Source of the DNA: Macrostomum lignano
Taxonomy: Eukaryota
Assembly (NCBI GenBank): GCA_002269645.1
Contig: NIVC01002471.1
Span: 107,271 to 171,270, forward strand
DNA: 64,000 nucleotides
Direction of reading: 5' to 3'
The stretch's first letter is position 1. Every line of letters starts with the position of its first letter. A model generated the notes under the pieces. The model was not told the DNA's origin and did not search any database. It saw only the letters and a list, made by a program, of their open reading frames with translations. The position numbers and the translations under genes are program-made. This document shows positions 37,215-50,100 of this stretch, piece by piece.

Positions 37215-38145
37215 ACCCTAAACCCTGACCCTAAACCCTTACCCCTACCCTGACCCTAAACCCTTACCCCTACCCTGACCCTAAACCCTTACCCCTACCC
37301 TGACCCTAAACCCTTACCCCTACCCTGACCCTAAACCCTTACCCCTACCCTGACCCTAAACCCTTACCCCTACCCTGACCCTAAACCCTTACCCCTACCC
37401 TGACCCTAAACCCTTACCCCTACCCTGACCCTAAACCCTTACCCCTACCCTGACCCTAAACCCTTACCCCTACCCTGACCCTAAACCCTTACCCCTACCC
37501 TGACCCTAAACTCTTACCCCTACCCTGACCCTAAACCCTTACCCCTACCCTGACCCTAAACCCTTACCCCTACCCTGACCCTAAACCCTTACCCCTACCC
37601 TGACCCTAAACCCTTACCCCTACCCTGACCCTAACCTAAACCCTACCCCCTAAACCCTTACTTCTACCCTGACCCTAAACCCTTACCCCTACCCTGACCC
37701 TAAACCCTTACCCCTACCCGGACCCTAAACTCTTACCCCTACCCTGACCCTAAACCCTTACTTCTACCCTGACCCTAAACCCTTACCCCTACCCTGACCC
37801 TAAACCCTTACCCCTACCCTGACCCTAAACCCTTACCCCTACCCTGACCCTAAACCCTTACCCCTACCCTGACCCTAACCTAAACCCTACCCCCTAAACC
37901 CTTACCCCTACCCTGACCCTAAACCCTTACCCCTACCCTGACCCTAAACCCTTACCCCTACCCTGACCCTAAACTCTTACCCCTACCCTGACCCTAAACC
38001 CTTACCCCTACCCGGACCCTAAACCCTTACCCCTACCCTGACCCTAAACCCTTACCCCTACCCTGACCCTAAACCCTTAATCGAACCCTGATCCTAAACC
38101 CTTAACCGAACCCTGATCCTAACCTAAACCCTACCCCCTAAACCC
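37215..38145. repeat. 25-bp telomere-like composite repeat (about 36 copies)
   Basis: Unit ACCCTGACCCTAAACCCTTACCCCT; a variant block CTAACCTAAACCCTACCCCCTAAA recurs at 37631, 37875 and 38119. Confidence 0.95.
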
Positions 38146-38547
38146 ATATACACGAACCCCGAGCCAATGAGGGCCAAGCTCCCATTGCACAGAGAGTGTA
38201 CATGCCTGACGATGAGAACGCCAGGGTCGCTGTACACCCTGTGTGAGCGCGTGCCTGTATGCGATCTCAGGCTTCAGCAAAATGGCCAATCGAGCATGAA
38301 TGCTTGCCTCCCACTGCACTGTCGCTTTGATTCGCTGAATGAAAGGAAGTTGGACTCTAACACTTAAGGAGTGAGTGCTTTATTGCAACAGCCCAAGGGT
38401 GTGCAAAGAATCTAGTCTGGGCTTCTGCGATTTAAACGTTGTCTGCTAGCTAGTGTTAGAAGCGTCGTTTAGTGTCAGAAGCGCAAAAAACTGCTTTGGG
38501 TTCAGTTTGATTGTCACTTTTAGTGTCTTGGCACACCGTAATCCTGC

Positions 38548-38990
38548 AGCATGGTGGTTTACGCGAGCCGAACCCTCAGCGACATGGAGCGGCCATTCAG
38601 CCAGATCGAGCGCGAGGCCCTGTGCGTCAAGTTTCGGGTGCCTGAAGTTCACGTTCTATTCGATGTCTACACCGACCACGGCCGTATCGTGCTGCAGACC
38701 CAGCACTTCTAGTTTACGCTGCACTACCGCAAGGGCGAGGACAATCCGGCGGATCTCTTCAGTCGCAACCCACTGCCCGTCAAAGACAAGGCCGCAGAGA
38801 CCCGACTATTCAACGCTGTTGTCCGGGCAGCCACGCCGAAGGGCCTGACAGTCGACAAGATCCGGGCTGCGACCGAATCGGGTCGGACCCTGACGGTCGT
38901 CATGCAAGCGCTGGCAACCGGAAACTGGAGTTGTGGTGCGACAGCGCCAGCGCGCAGCTTCCGGTTCTTGAAAGACGAACGCGGCGCCCA
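38548..38990 (+). mobile_element. Ty3/Gypsy LTR retrotransposon pol fragment (RNase H and linker), degenerate
   Basis: Translation VVYASRTLSDMERPFSQIEREALCV...FDVYTDH...HF*FTLHYRKGEDNPADLFSRNP...ATPKGLTVDKIRAAT...ALATGNW; internal stop and deletions. Confidence 0.88.
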
Positions 38991-39084
38991 CGCTGGTTCT
39001 TTATCTAGCGACTAAAGCAGATTTTAGCAATTGGCTACTTGTAGTAGCATGTACTGTCTGTCTATCTATTTCTGTGCCTGTCTG

Positions 39085-39850
39085 TCCGTATCAGTCATTT
39101 ATCCATCGCTGTCTGTCTATTTGTCTGCCTGTCCGTATGGTTGTGTCTATTTCACCCGTTTGTGTCTGTTTGTCTGCCTGTCCGTATGGTTGTGTCTATT
39201 GCACCTGTTTGTGTCTGTTTGTCTGCCTGTCCGTATGGTTGTGTCTATTGCACCTGTTTGTGTCTGTTTGTCTGCCTGTCCGTATGGTTGTGTCTATTGC
39301 ACCTGTTTGTGTCTGTTTGTCTGCCTGTCCGTATGGTTGTGTCTATTGCACCTGTTTGTGTCTTTTGTCTGCCTGTCCGTATGGTTGTGTCTATTTCACC
39401 CGTTTGTGTCTGTTTGTCTGCCTGTCCGTATGGTTGTGTCTATTGCACCTGTTTGTGTCTGTTTGTCTGCCTGTCCGTATGGTTGTGTCTATTGCACCTG
39501 TTTGTGTCTTTTGTCTGCCTGTCCGTATGGTTGTGTCTATTGAACCCGTTTGTGTCTGTTTGTCTGCCTGTCCGTATGGTTGTGTTTATTGAACCTGTTT
39601 GTGTCTGTTTGTCTGCCTGTCCGTATGGTTGTGTCTATTGCACCTGTTTGTGTCTGTTTGTCTGCCTGTCCGTATGGTTGTGTCTATTGCACCTGTTTGT
39701 GTCTTTTGTCTGCCTGTCCGTATGGTTGTGTCTATTGAACCCGTTTGTGTCTGTTTGTCTGCCTGTCCGTATGGTTGTGTTTATTGAACCCGTTTGTGTC
39801 TGTTTGTCTGCCTGTCCGTATGGTTGTGTCTATTGCACCTGTTTGTGTCT
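39085..39850. repeat. 49-bp minisatellite (about 16 copies)
   Basis: Unit GTCTGTTTGTCTGCCTGTCCGTATGGTTGTGTCTATTGCACCTGTTTGT. Confidence 0.95.
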
Positions 39851-40074
39851 GCAAAGAAGCCAAAAGCCGGACCAAGTGAATCCAGACCTGAACCGGATCG
39901 AATCTAGATATTTTCTAGCCTTAAGCTAGAACAGATCATTGTTAATATCCTGCACCACTAAATCTCTATATGGGAGTTGTATGATTGATTTCACTTCTAT
40001 CACCTGTAGCAGAACTTTCAGAGCCTGCGTGCTATTTAATATTCAGCATCGGTAGCTTGGTAAGACGGGCATGG

Positions 40075-41292
40075 TAGCTATGGGAGATAGGTCTGGTAGC
40101 TGAGGGAAATGGGTCTCGTTGCTGAGGGAGATGAGTCTGGTAGCTACACTGTAAGGGAGATGGGTCTGGTAGCTACACTGTAAGGGAGATGGGCTGGTAG
40201 CGAAGGGAGATGGGTCTGATAGATAAGGTAGATGGGTCTGGTAGCTAATGAAGATGGGTCTGGTAGCTGAAGGGAGATGGGTCTGGTAGGTAAGGGAGAT
40301 GGGTCTGTTAGGTAAGGGAGATGGGTCTGGTAGCTAAGGGAGATGGGTCTGATTGCTAAGGGAGATGGGTCTGATTGCTAAAGGAGATGGGTCTGGTAGC
40401 TAAGGTAGATGGGTCTGGTAGCTAATGGAGATGGGTCTGGTAGGTAAGGGAGATGGGTCTGGTAGGTAAGGTAGATGGGTCTGGTAGCTAATCGAGATGG
40501 GTCTGGTAGCTTAGGGAGATGGGTCTGATTGCTAAGGGAGATGGCTCTGGTAGCTGAATGGAGATGGGTCTGGTAGGTAAGGGAGATGGGTCTGGTAGGT
40601 AAGGGAGATGGGTCTGGTAGCTACAGCGTAACGGAGATGGGTCTGGTAGGTAAGGTAGATGGGTCTGGTAGCTAATCGAGATGGGTCTGGTAGCTTAGGG
40701 AGATGGGTCTGATTGCTAAGGGAGATGGCTCTGGTAGCTGAATGGAGATGGGTCTGGTAGGTAAGGGAGATGGGTCTGGTAGGTAAGGGAGATGGGTCTG
40801 GTAGCTACAGCGTAACGGAGATGGGTCTGGTAGCTAAGGGAGATTGGTCTGATTGCTAAGGGAGATGGGTCTGGTAGCTAAGGAAGATGGGTCTGGTAGC
40901 TAAGGAAGATGGGTCTGGTAGCTAAGGAAGATGGGTCTGGTAGCTAAGGAAGATGGGTCTGGTAGCTAAGGAAGATGGGTCTGGTAGCTAAGGAAGATGG
41001 GTCTGGTAGCTAAGGAAGATGGGTCTGGTAGCTACAGCGTAACGGAGATGGGTCTGGTAGCTAAGGAAGATGGGTCTGGTAGCTAAGGAAGATGGGTCTG
41101 GTAGCTAAGGAAGATGGGTCTGGTAGCTACAGCGTAACGGAGATGGGTCTGGTAGCTAAGGGAGATGGGTCTGGTAGCTAAGGAAGATGGGTCTGGTAGC
41201 TAAGGGAGATGGGTCTGGTAGCTAAGGAAGATGGGTCTGGTAGCTAAGGGAGATGGGTCTGGTAGCTAAGGGAGATGGGTCTGATAGCTAAG
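40075..41292. repeat. 22-bp minisatellite, array 1
   Basis: Unit GGGAGATGGGTCTGGTAGCTAA. Confidence 0.95.
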
Positions 41293-41953
41293 CAGTGTAC
41301 CATGGAAAATTACTTTTTTAATCTAAAGGCCCTTTAGAAGCAGAGTTTGCAATCCAATGAAGTTTCTCAATGCGTTTTATCCTGCTTCACAAAGCAGTTC
41401 AAACAGTGCGCAGTTCTGTTCAGACCAGAAGTGTACAAATGCAGCAGATTGTGTGTAAAGTCACCCTGCAGATTCAATTTGCTTTGCAGTGCCATCACCC
41501 TGCAGCCCACTGCATAGCGGAACCCTCGAAACGAGGTTGGCCATCTTGCAGCAAGTGTTGCCCAAGGAGCAAAGCGCAACGCCGCATCATTAGCCATCAG
41601 ACAGCAAAGTCCAAATAGGGTAGTCAGAAGTAGAAACTGTGCAATGCAGTTTGCTCTTCTTCTGCATGCCAGAAAGCTAGGCCAAGCAGTGTAGCAAGCT
41701 AAATGTCTAGAGGAGCAGCAGTAAGGGTTGGTCTGAAAATTTCAAGCTGGATAAGTGGCGCTTAACAATTTCCAATTCCTAATTTTACCTGAGTATTCGG
41801 AGACAAACTCTAACTTTTACGATTAGAATTTGCTGCAAAAGTTCTTGTTTGCTGTGGAGGCAAAGAGGTTGCAGGTTAAACTTTCAGTCAGTCGAAGCAG
41901 ACAGTCTCGAATCAAGAACTTTTTCAGTAAAACCGGCCTCCTAAAACTTCCAA

Positions 41954-42495
41954 GTTAGAGCGTTGAACTCACGACTGAAAAGTCAGGGGTTCGATTCCCG
42001 ATCCTTACTGGAACAATTTGTGTCCTTGAGCTCGAGCAATCTAATAGCAAGCCAATAAGGGGGGCGGGATTTATGACATGGTAGACGGTCCCGGTTTGTC
42101 ATTTTCATTGGTTTTTGTAGTGACATCAATTAGTGACAATAAATGCATCATTTTAAAAGCTTGTTTTGGACTTACTGCTGCTGCAGAGTAGGGAGCGATT
42201 GACAATGCAAACGTCACGAAACGAATTGGCCGCATCTTGATACGGAAAGGGCATTAGCAGGTAAATAAACGACTGAAAGTTCGGGGGTAACTCTGCAGTG
42301 CTTCAGTTCACCCAGCTGTAAAATGGGTGCCTGCATTAGCTGGGGTAATTGAGGGTGCGTGGCGACCCCCCAGTTCTTGGACTGAACAGCCGTACGCAGC
42401 CTTCAGATGCGCCGCGCAATAGCTGCGGCTGAGCTGTCGGTTGCACATCTGGCCCAATTGGGGCAGGTGAAATCAATTATTATTATTATTATTAT
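41954..42495 (+). mobile_element. CORE-type SINE copy interrupted by a 256-bp insert; (ATT)n tail
   Basis: B-box GGTTCGATTCC; the CORE is split after GTCCTTGAGC (42031) and resumes TAACTCTGC (42288); the 3' part is the reverse complement of 34285-34445; ATT repeats at about 42476-42495. Confidence 0.8.
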
Positions 42496-43204
42496 TGCCT
42501 CAAATGCTGGGCGAGCCCAATGCATGGCCGCAACTTGGTAGGTGCAGTGAGGTTAATCGTTCTGTAGAACGCTACATTGCTAGTTTCTTCTCGCAGATTG
42601 TCGCCAGGATGTGCCCAAGATAAAAAATTGAAAAGAGAAAATGCAGCCTGAATGCTTGCTTGGATTTTGCTGCTACAAGTGGCGAATCTGCTACAGCCTC
42701 GAGGGAAAACTGGATTTGAACGCCGGCAGTCATTAGTGCAGAACCATATTAGTGTCATTTTATTCGAGAAATTGAGTTGCCCCCGAGATCCCTGGCGCCG
42801 CTTCCTGATCAAGTTTATCGTCTCGAAATTTGAGCAGAGCCTAATTAGCAATTCTGTCTGCTGCAGCCGCCACTGGAGCACGATTTCCTGTCTCATTAAT
42901 TGAGCAATGCTCAGCTGTGAATTTTTGCTTCTGCTCGCAATTTCCTACCTAAGCCACACTTGCTACCGAGACTCGTGCTTTCTCCAAAGTCTCCGAAAAT
43001 TGGCTTGGGCAATGGGACGCCGGCCTTAGCAGCTGAAAGTGATGAAAAAATCAATTGAACAATTTTTCTCGAGCCGAAGACACTTCTGCCTCGCTCTCTA
43101 ATAGCTGCTGGAGTCTTAACGATTCCTCAACCTCTGCTGCTGCTCTGAAATCGATGGAGAAAAGTACAGAGCAGGCTCATCTTTTTGCGAAACACTCATT
43201 TCTG

Positions 43205-43875
43205 CAAATGGGTCTGGTAGCTGAGGGAGATGGGTCTGGTAGCTGAAGGGAGATGGGTCTGGTAGCTGAGGGAAATGGGTCTAGTAGCTGATGGGAGATG
43301 GGTCTGGTAGCTGAGGGAGATGGGTCTGGTAGCTGATGGGAGATGGGTCTGGTAGCTGATGGGAGATGGGTCTGGTAGCTGAGGGAGATGGGTCTGGTAG
43401 CTGAGGGAGATGGGTCTGGTAGCTGAAGGGAAATGGGTCTGATAGCTGGAAAAAGATGGGTCTGGTAGTTGAAGGAAATGGGTCTGGTAGCTGATGGGAG
43501 ATGGGTCTGGTAGCTGATGGGAGATGGGTCTGGTAGCTGAGGGAGATGGGTCTGGTAGCTGAGGGAAATGGGTCTAGTAGCTGATGGGAGATGGGTCTGG
43601 TAGCTGAGGGAGATGGGTCTGGTAGCTGATGGGAGATGGGTCTGGTAGCTGAGGGAAATGGGTCTGGTAGCTGATGGGAGATGGGTCTTGTAGCTGAGGG
43701 AGATGGGTCTGGTAGCTGAAGGGAGATGGCTGAGGGAAATGTGTCTGGTAGCTGATGGAAATGTGGCTGGTAGCTGAGGCAGATGGGTCTGGTAGCTGAA
43801 GGGAGATAGGTCTGGTAGCTGAAGTACCTGATCTAGTAGCTGAGGGAACTGGATCTGGTAGCTGATGGAATTGGT
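43205..43875. repeat. 22-bp minisatellite, array 2 (same family as 40075-41292)
   Basis: Unit GAGGGAGATGGGTCTGGTAGCT. Confidence 0.93.
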
Positions 43876-46400
43876 CAGACAGGTCTTTGTGCTGAAAAAC
43901 AGATCAGAAGCGTAAATCTAGGAAAATCCATTGCAAAGCAAGCTGCAAAGCTCTGGGTTATGATTTTTATCGCAGATAGATTATTTATGATTTACTGTCA
44001 GATTAATCATTTACTGACACCCAACAAGCGACAAGGGTAGCCTAATTACCTAAGCTGCCTATAACTCACCATTTAAGTGTATAATTATTGCATTTCCAGC
44101 CAGTTCCAGCCTCAATCAAAGCTTCCAAAGACCCTTTACGGTAAACAGAATTTGTTTTGCTCAGACACACGATCCGAGGGCAGTGTGGGCTGGCAATAAA
44201 ACTAATAGCAAGCCAATAAGGGGGCATTTATGACATGGTAGCCGGTTCCGGTTTGTCACTTTCTGTGGTTTTTGTAGTCACATCAATTAGTGACAATAAA
44301 TGCATCATTTTAAAAGCTTGTTTTGGACTTACTGCTGCTGCAGAGTAGGGAGCGATTGACAATGCAAACTTCACGAAACGAATTGGCGCTATCTTGACAC
44401 GGAAAGGCATTAGCAGGTAAATAAACAGAGTAGGGCGACTACGAACTATACCGTATATAGTCATATTTGCCTTGACGTGAAGAAATACTGCATGTTTTCT
44501 ACTAAGCTCGTATAGTGTTTTCTAAAAGGATTTTTTTTCGATTTCATGTCGACTGCTTTGCGCCAACTGGGGTCTCGGCGCATTATCTTCGGACGAGAGC
44601 AGTGTGTGACAAAAAATTGCTGCATAAATGCATTCATGGGGAGAGTCGTGTTAAAGGAAAAGTTTCAGTCTCCACTTTTCAGCATTCTTTGGATATTTTG
44701 GTCAAATAAACTTAAACGACCTAGCTTGGATTTGAGCAGACGCTCAAGTTTCAAATAGTTTTTAAAGAGCCCAAACGGTTATGAAACTTTCAGGGTGTGA
44801 AAGCCAAAATTGAGAATTTCCTGAGGTACCTACGTCTTATTACTTAAGTGGACATTGCGATCAACACACAAACTGCAAGTATCAGAGCCAAGTTCGAACT
44901 AAAAGTGCCTAACTAATCAATTGCAAAGTCCCCAACCATTAGAGAAACTTGTTGAAATCCTGGCTCAACACACCCAATAAATGCTGATTTAATATTACGA
45001 GTATAATCAAATCTCTAAATGTTACTCACCTGATAAAATGAGTCAGTTTAGGTCTGCAGTATCTTAGAAACTTAGAGCACAACCATCGCTGTGCAACAGA
45101 CTGTGAATTACGTCGTGTGTTCTTTTCAGCAGCAGTTTTGGCATCATGCATTCAGCTTGCTGATATTGTTCGATCGTTCCCTCGCGGTCATAGCAATTCC
45201 ACCCGCCGTTCAACCAGCATCTCAGAGGTGACGATGAAGCATTATGGGATGTCTGCGCAGTAGCCAATGGTAGGGCCGCTAGCAACAAGAGCTCTTCGAA
45301 TCTTCGTCGGCTATTGCCACTTGCTTTTTAGTACAAATCTGTACTACGTAGCGACTAGTATTGTATATTTCGTTATAATCCTAAATATGAATGAACTGAT
45401 ATTAATAGGCTTCCACCAGAATCCCTTTAGTTGTTTACGAACTACACGCTTAAGTATCAGCATTCGGACGATATAGCGGAAATCCATTAATTCGTTGTCT
45501 TTGTGTATTTCGGTGAGGCTTCATAAAAGGATAGGAAGTAAGCAGATTGCTTCTGTGATAAGATCTGTGACTAATAAATAACATTATACCGCACACATTT
45601 TTACAGGACATATAGAGACAGCTGACACTAAGACACAGACATAAGACTGCATGTAGACGGACAGACAAACAGCTAGTACAGACAGAATTTTTAACTAAAT
45701 AGCACCAATGGTTCCATATGAGAATTGCCCGCATGCGAATTGCTTTCAGCGTGCATTTTTCCGCAGCGCATTTAGCTACGCGGCAGATTTTGTCAGCATT
45801 GCTCTCCAATACTTAGTAAGTCTTAATGAAAAGATTTAGGGGACAAAGCGACATGGCATAGCTCCGCAAATCGAAAAAAAGTCTGAAAAGTCCGAAATCT
45901 AGACTGGAAAAGTAAAAAATATATCCACCGAATGCGCCGTGGCTTCGTATTGCAAAGAATTTGAAAACATTTCTAATGCAATCCCGGACACAATTATCTA
46001 GGTGGCGCATCTCAGCGGAACTGTGCCTTTATTTGTCTGGTTTGGCACGCACAGCTGCACGTCCTGCCACCCACAAACCAACGTTTCGCTCAAGGACTAC
46101 TCAAGTAGAAGGATTACGGACTTGGGAAATTTTAGGAGGCAGGTTGTTTTTCCGAAAAAGTACATTACGGAAATGCATGTAGTGTATAGTAGGAGGTTCT
46201 CATTTTTAGCACAAAATTTGTTATTGCTTTTGATAGGAGACAGACCGAATGACTTTCAGCTTTTGATATGTCTTGCTTTTATTATAGCTTTATTGATATT
46301 TATATAGAGCTTCTTCTATAAAATTAGTGTTGAAAGTTCTAAATGTTAATTTTATATCTACATGTACGTAGATGATCAAACGTTGGCTTCCAGCTCGTCT

Positions 46401-46710
46401 CAGGGATCATTTTGACGCCGCAGGCACTCATTTTGGCGCCACAGGCATTACTTTTGGCACCGCATGCACTCATTTTGGCGCCGGAGGCACTCATTTTGGC
46501 GCCGCACGCACTCCTTTGGCGCCGCAGGCACTCATTTTGGCGCTGTAGGCACTCATTTTAGCGCCGTAAGCGCTATTTTTTGCGCCCTGAAGAAAAATTA
46601 TTGATTATCACAACGAGTCACAATGTGGGGTAGGAAAAGCATTGGCATGCCCCCCATAGCTTTACGGGGGGGGACATGTCCCCCGTGTCCCTCCGGTGGC
46701 GACGCGCCTG
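46401..46710. repeat. 21-bp tandem repeat within a probable non-autonomous DNA element
   Basis: Unit GCAGGCACTCATTTTGGCGCC (about 8 copies); the region is bounded by CAGG...CCTG and has a GGGGGACATGTCCCCC palindrome; no TSD found. Confidence 0.55.
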
Positions 46711-47168
46711 GTCTTGCTACGCAGTCAGCTTTGCGTATTTCGCTGCATTCGCGTAGCAGGAGCAGTCACATCTAACCATTTACACCGGAGAACAAGCCGG
46801 GGGATACTACATACATGCAGATAATTTACGAATCTGTAAAGCCTACATAATTTTAGAGCATTTGCAATTTTTTACAAAAAGAATAAATTAAATGGTGTTA
46901 ATCTTGTAATAATAACATAATTAGCTGCCTAAATGTTTGCTTAAATGCACACTAAGTTAGTTAACAGGTCGAGTTCAGCGCCACCCTAGCTACCGAATGC
47001 TAAATAATTGTTGGCCGCGCCAATTATATTAATATTTTCGTTTGTATGGCAATCTCATTAAGGCTGAGTTGAGAACTGAGATCTCAGTATTTTATTATCT
47101 TATCTCATTTATCCTAAACTATTGTAACAAGGCAAATTAGGATTTTAAACAATAAAAATTAACTACAG

Positions 47169-50100
47169 ATGCGTCTTGCATTAGTGCTTGTTTTCTTTTC
47201 TGTTATCCTTGGTAAGTAGGCCTACCCTAAGTAAGTTCAATAGATCTACTTAGAAAATTACTATGCCTAGGGCATGCTATGCCTAATTTTTCCTGACGTG
47301 ATAGCTGTAATTTTGTCTTTAACACATTAAAAAATTTCATTATTGACTCTTGACTGACATTATTTAGGCCTATCAGTATGACTGACTAGGCCTAAGACTA
47401 GGCCTAGTAAGAGTTGTGACTAGGCCAATAAAAATGATACTCAATTTATAATATAAACTGAGGCACTAATATAAGCATATATGGTATTTTTATTATTTAA
47501 TATTATTATTATTATTATTTTATTATTAGGCCCTATTATTAATATTGTGGCATTACCTATAATAATTAATATTTTTATTATTAAAAAATAAAATAATATC
47601 AAATAATAATTTATTATTGTTATAGGCATCTATCTATTGTCATTCATTTAAAAGTTTTGAATTTATAGTATTCCATTAAGCCCCATGGCCATAGTTAGGA
47701 ACACCCTAAATATATGCCAAACTAAAATCTCCTACAATTTTTTGGTATGCCAGTATATGCCAAACTTTTTCTAACCCAACCCAAAATCCCAGAAAAATAT
47801 GTCTTGTTATGAGTAGTTTAGTAAAACTATTTTATTTCTAATAATATATATTCTCTAAACAAATTAATGTATAAGGTGAAATCCAAAAATCGGGGGCAAG
47901 TTTTATGAAAATTCGTTTTTTGGCAATTTGAAAGCAATAAAGCTATAAAATAAATTTATTCAAGTTTTTAAAAGGTAAAAAAGTCTATTAAAGCACAAAT
48001 TATTTTTGTATAGCTTTATTTTTAATAAAATGATTTGTTAAAATGGTAAGTTTAATTACGACCTAAAATGAGTCTAATGAAAATGATAGAAAAGCTATAA
48101 TAATGTATTTTAATAACTTTAACTATCTTATAATGTTACACTCTATAATTCTACAACATATTTAACATTATTTTCAAGGGTTTATTTGTTTATCACTTTC
48201 ATTACTCTTGACAATGTGTATTTTGTAGAGTTCATTTGAAATAAATTGTGTTCAACGTAAGTTTATTATTTAAACATACAAATTCCCGTAAGGATCAGAA
48301 AATTGCATTTTACTCAGCTTCTACTAAAGCGATTTGGAAAATTCTTTTTTTTCCTGCATATACACTGCAATGATACATGTTTTAGTGTAATTTCATTGTT
48401 CTTCGTCGCTTAATGAGCATACAGTAAGCATCTGATTTGGAAGCCGGGTAACACATTGGAATTCCCATAAGGATTGGAAAATTGCATTTTACTCAGCTTC
48501 TACTAAAGCGATTTGGAAAATTCTTTTTTTCCTGCATACACGCCGCGATGATACATGTTTTAGTGTAATTTCGTTGTTCTTCGTTGCTTAATGAGCATAC
48601 AGTAAGCATCTGATTTGGAAGCCGGGTAACACATTGGAATTCCCATAAGGATTGGAAAATTGCATTTTACTCAGCTTCTACTAAAGTGATTTGGAAAATT
48701 CTTTTTTTTCCTGCATATACACTGCAATGATACATGTTTTAGTGTAATTTCATTGTTCTTCGTCGCTTAATGAGCATACAGTAAGCATCTGATTTGGATG
48801 CCGGGTTCACATTTTGTGGTACCATTTTTTACCCAAAATTTTTAAGTCTAAATATAGGCATAATACAAATACTAATACTATGCAAGTTAATATTCAAATG
48901 AAAGAAAACAACTTAAAGATTATTTTGCAACAAGGAATTAGCGATATATTTACTTTTAGAGAAAGATGTTTGCTGGCAAACTTTGCACTTTATATTAGTA
49001 TGAATTTTCGCAAGTTTATATGGTTTTGAAAAACTTTGAAATCCTTAGAAATACTTCATCTTTTTGAATTGAATAAAAAGTAAAACACAGATTACTTTCT
49101 GTTTTGTAAGTAGTAAAAAAATTAGCCTTCTCTAAGGCCTACAAGTCTTAAAATTAATTGTTTAATAATGAAAAAAAATGAAACAAAAAATTGCAAATTG
49201 GTCAACTCGGACTTTCAAAATGATTTTTTGTGGTTTTTTCTTATTTATTCAACAATATAAAGCATGAAAACAATAGTTTTTATCCAGAACTATTTTCTAA
49301 AGACCTATCTATCTTTCAAAAACCTCTTTTAGATACATTACTTTCCATTAAATGTCTGTAGATTTGTTTTACCTTTTTATCCCACGTTTTTGGATTTTGC
49401 CATAAACAGCTCTAGGCTTAGCATAATTTTTTTTTAATTTCATGTTGGCATAAAATTGAAAAAAACAAATTTTCATTCTGGCATTGTGCTTGCCATGATC
49501 TAGGCTATGGCATAATATATGCCCAAAGATTTAAGTGTGCATTGTTGGCCTTGCACCATAGCCAAGATCATGGCATGCCTATGCCAGAATAAATCTTATC
49601 AAAAAAGATGAATTGTGCTATATGCCAAAACTATTCCTATCAAATAAGTCTACTTATATCATGTACTGGAACTTTTTTAAAAAAAAACACAAAAGCAATA
49701 TTTTTCAATGTAATGTTTGTATTTGAATCTGTTTCATAGAAAATGCAATGTGCTAAAAGGTAAAGCCACTAGGCCTTATCTATTAACCTTTGTCTGTCTC
49801 TATGTTAATTTAATTTTTAAAGCATAATAAGTTAAGATATTATATTAGATGGTAAGCAATAGGAGGAGACTAAGCTGACAATATCCAAGGGCAGTTCAAA
49901 AGAGGAATAATAACTTAATAGATACGCTAATAGGCAAGGCTGCTTGGCATGGTAGTCATTGAATAGTCGTGATAGCGTCTATAATCACAAGCAATCTAGA
50001 AGTCTCAAGAAGGTAGGTGTTACAATTACAAGAAGTTGAAAACAATGGAGAAAGAAAGGGTAGTTAGTAGGTGCTTATTGGAAGATTATAAAGATCTAGG

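Noticed and set aside
37215-38145. True telomere or chromosome end
   Set aside because: It is internal, flanked by unique sequence on both sides, and built of a fixed 25-bp composite unit rather than pure TTAGGG.
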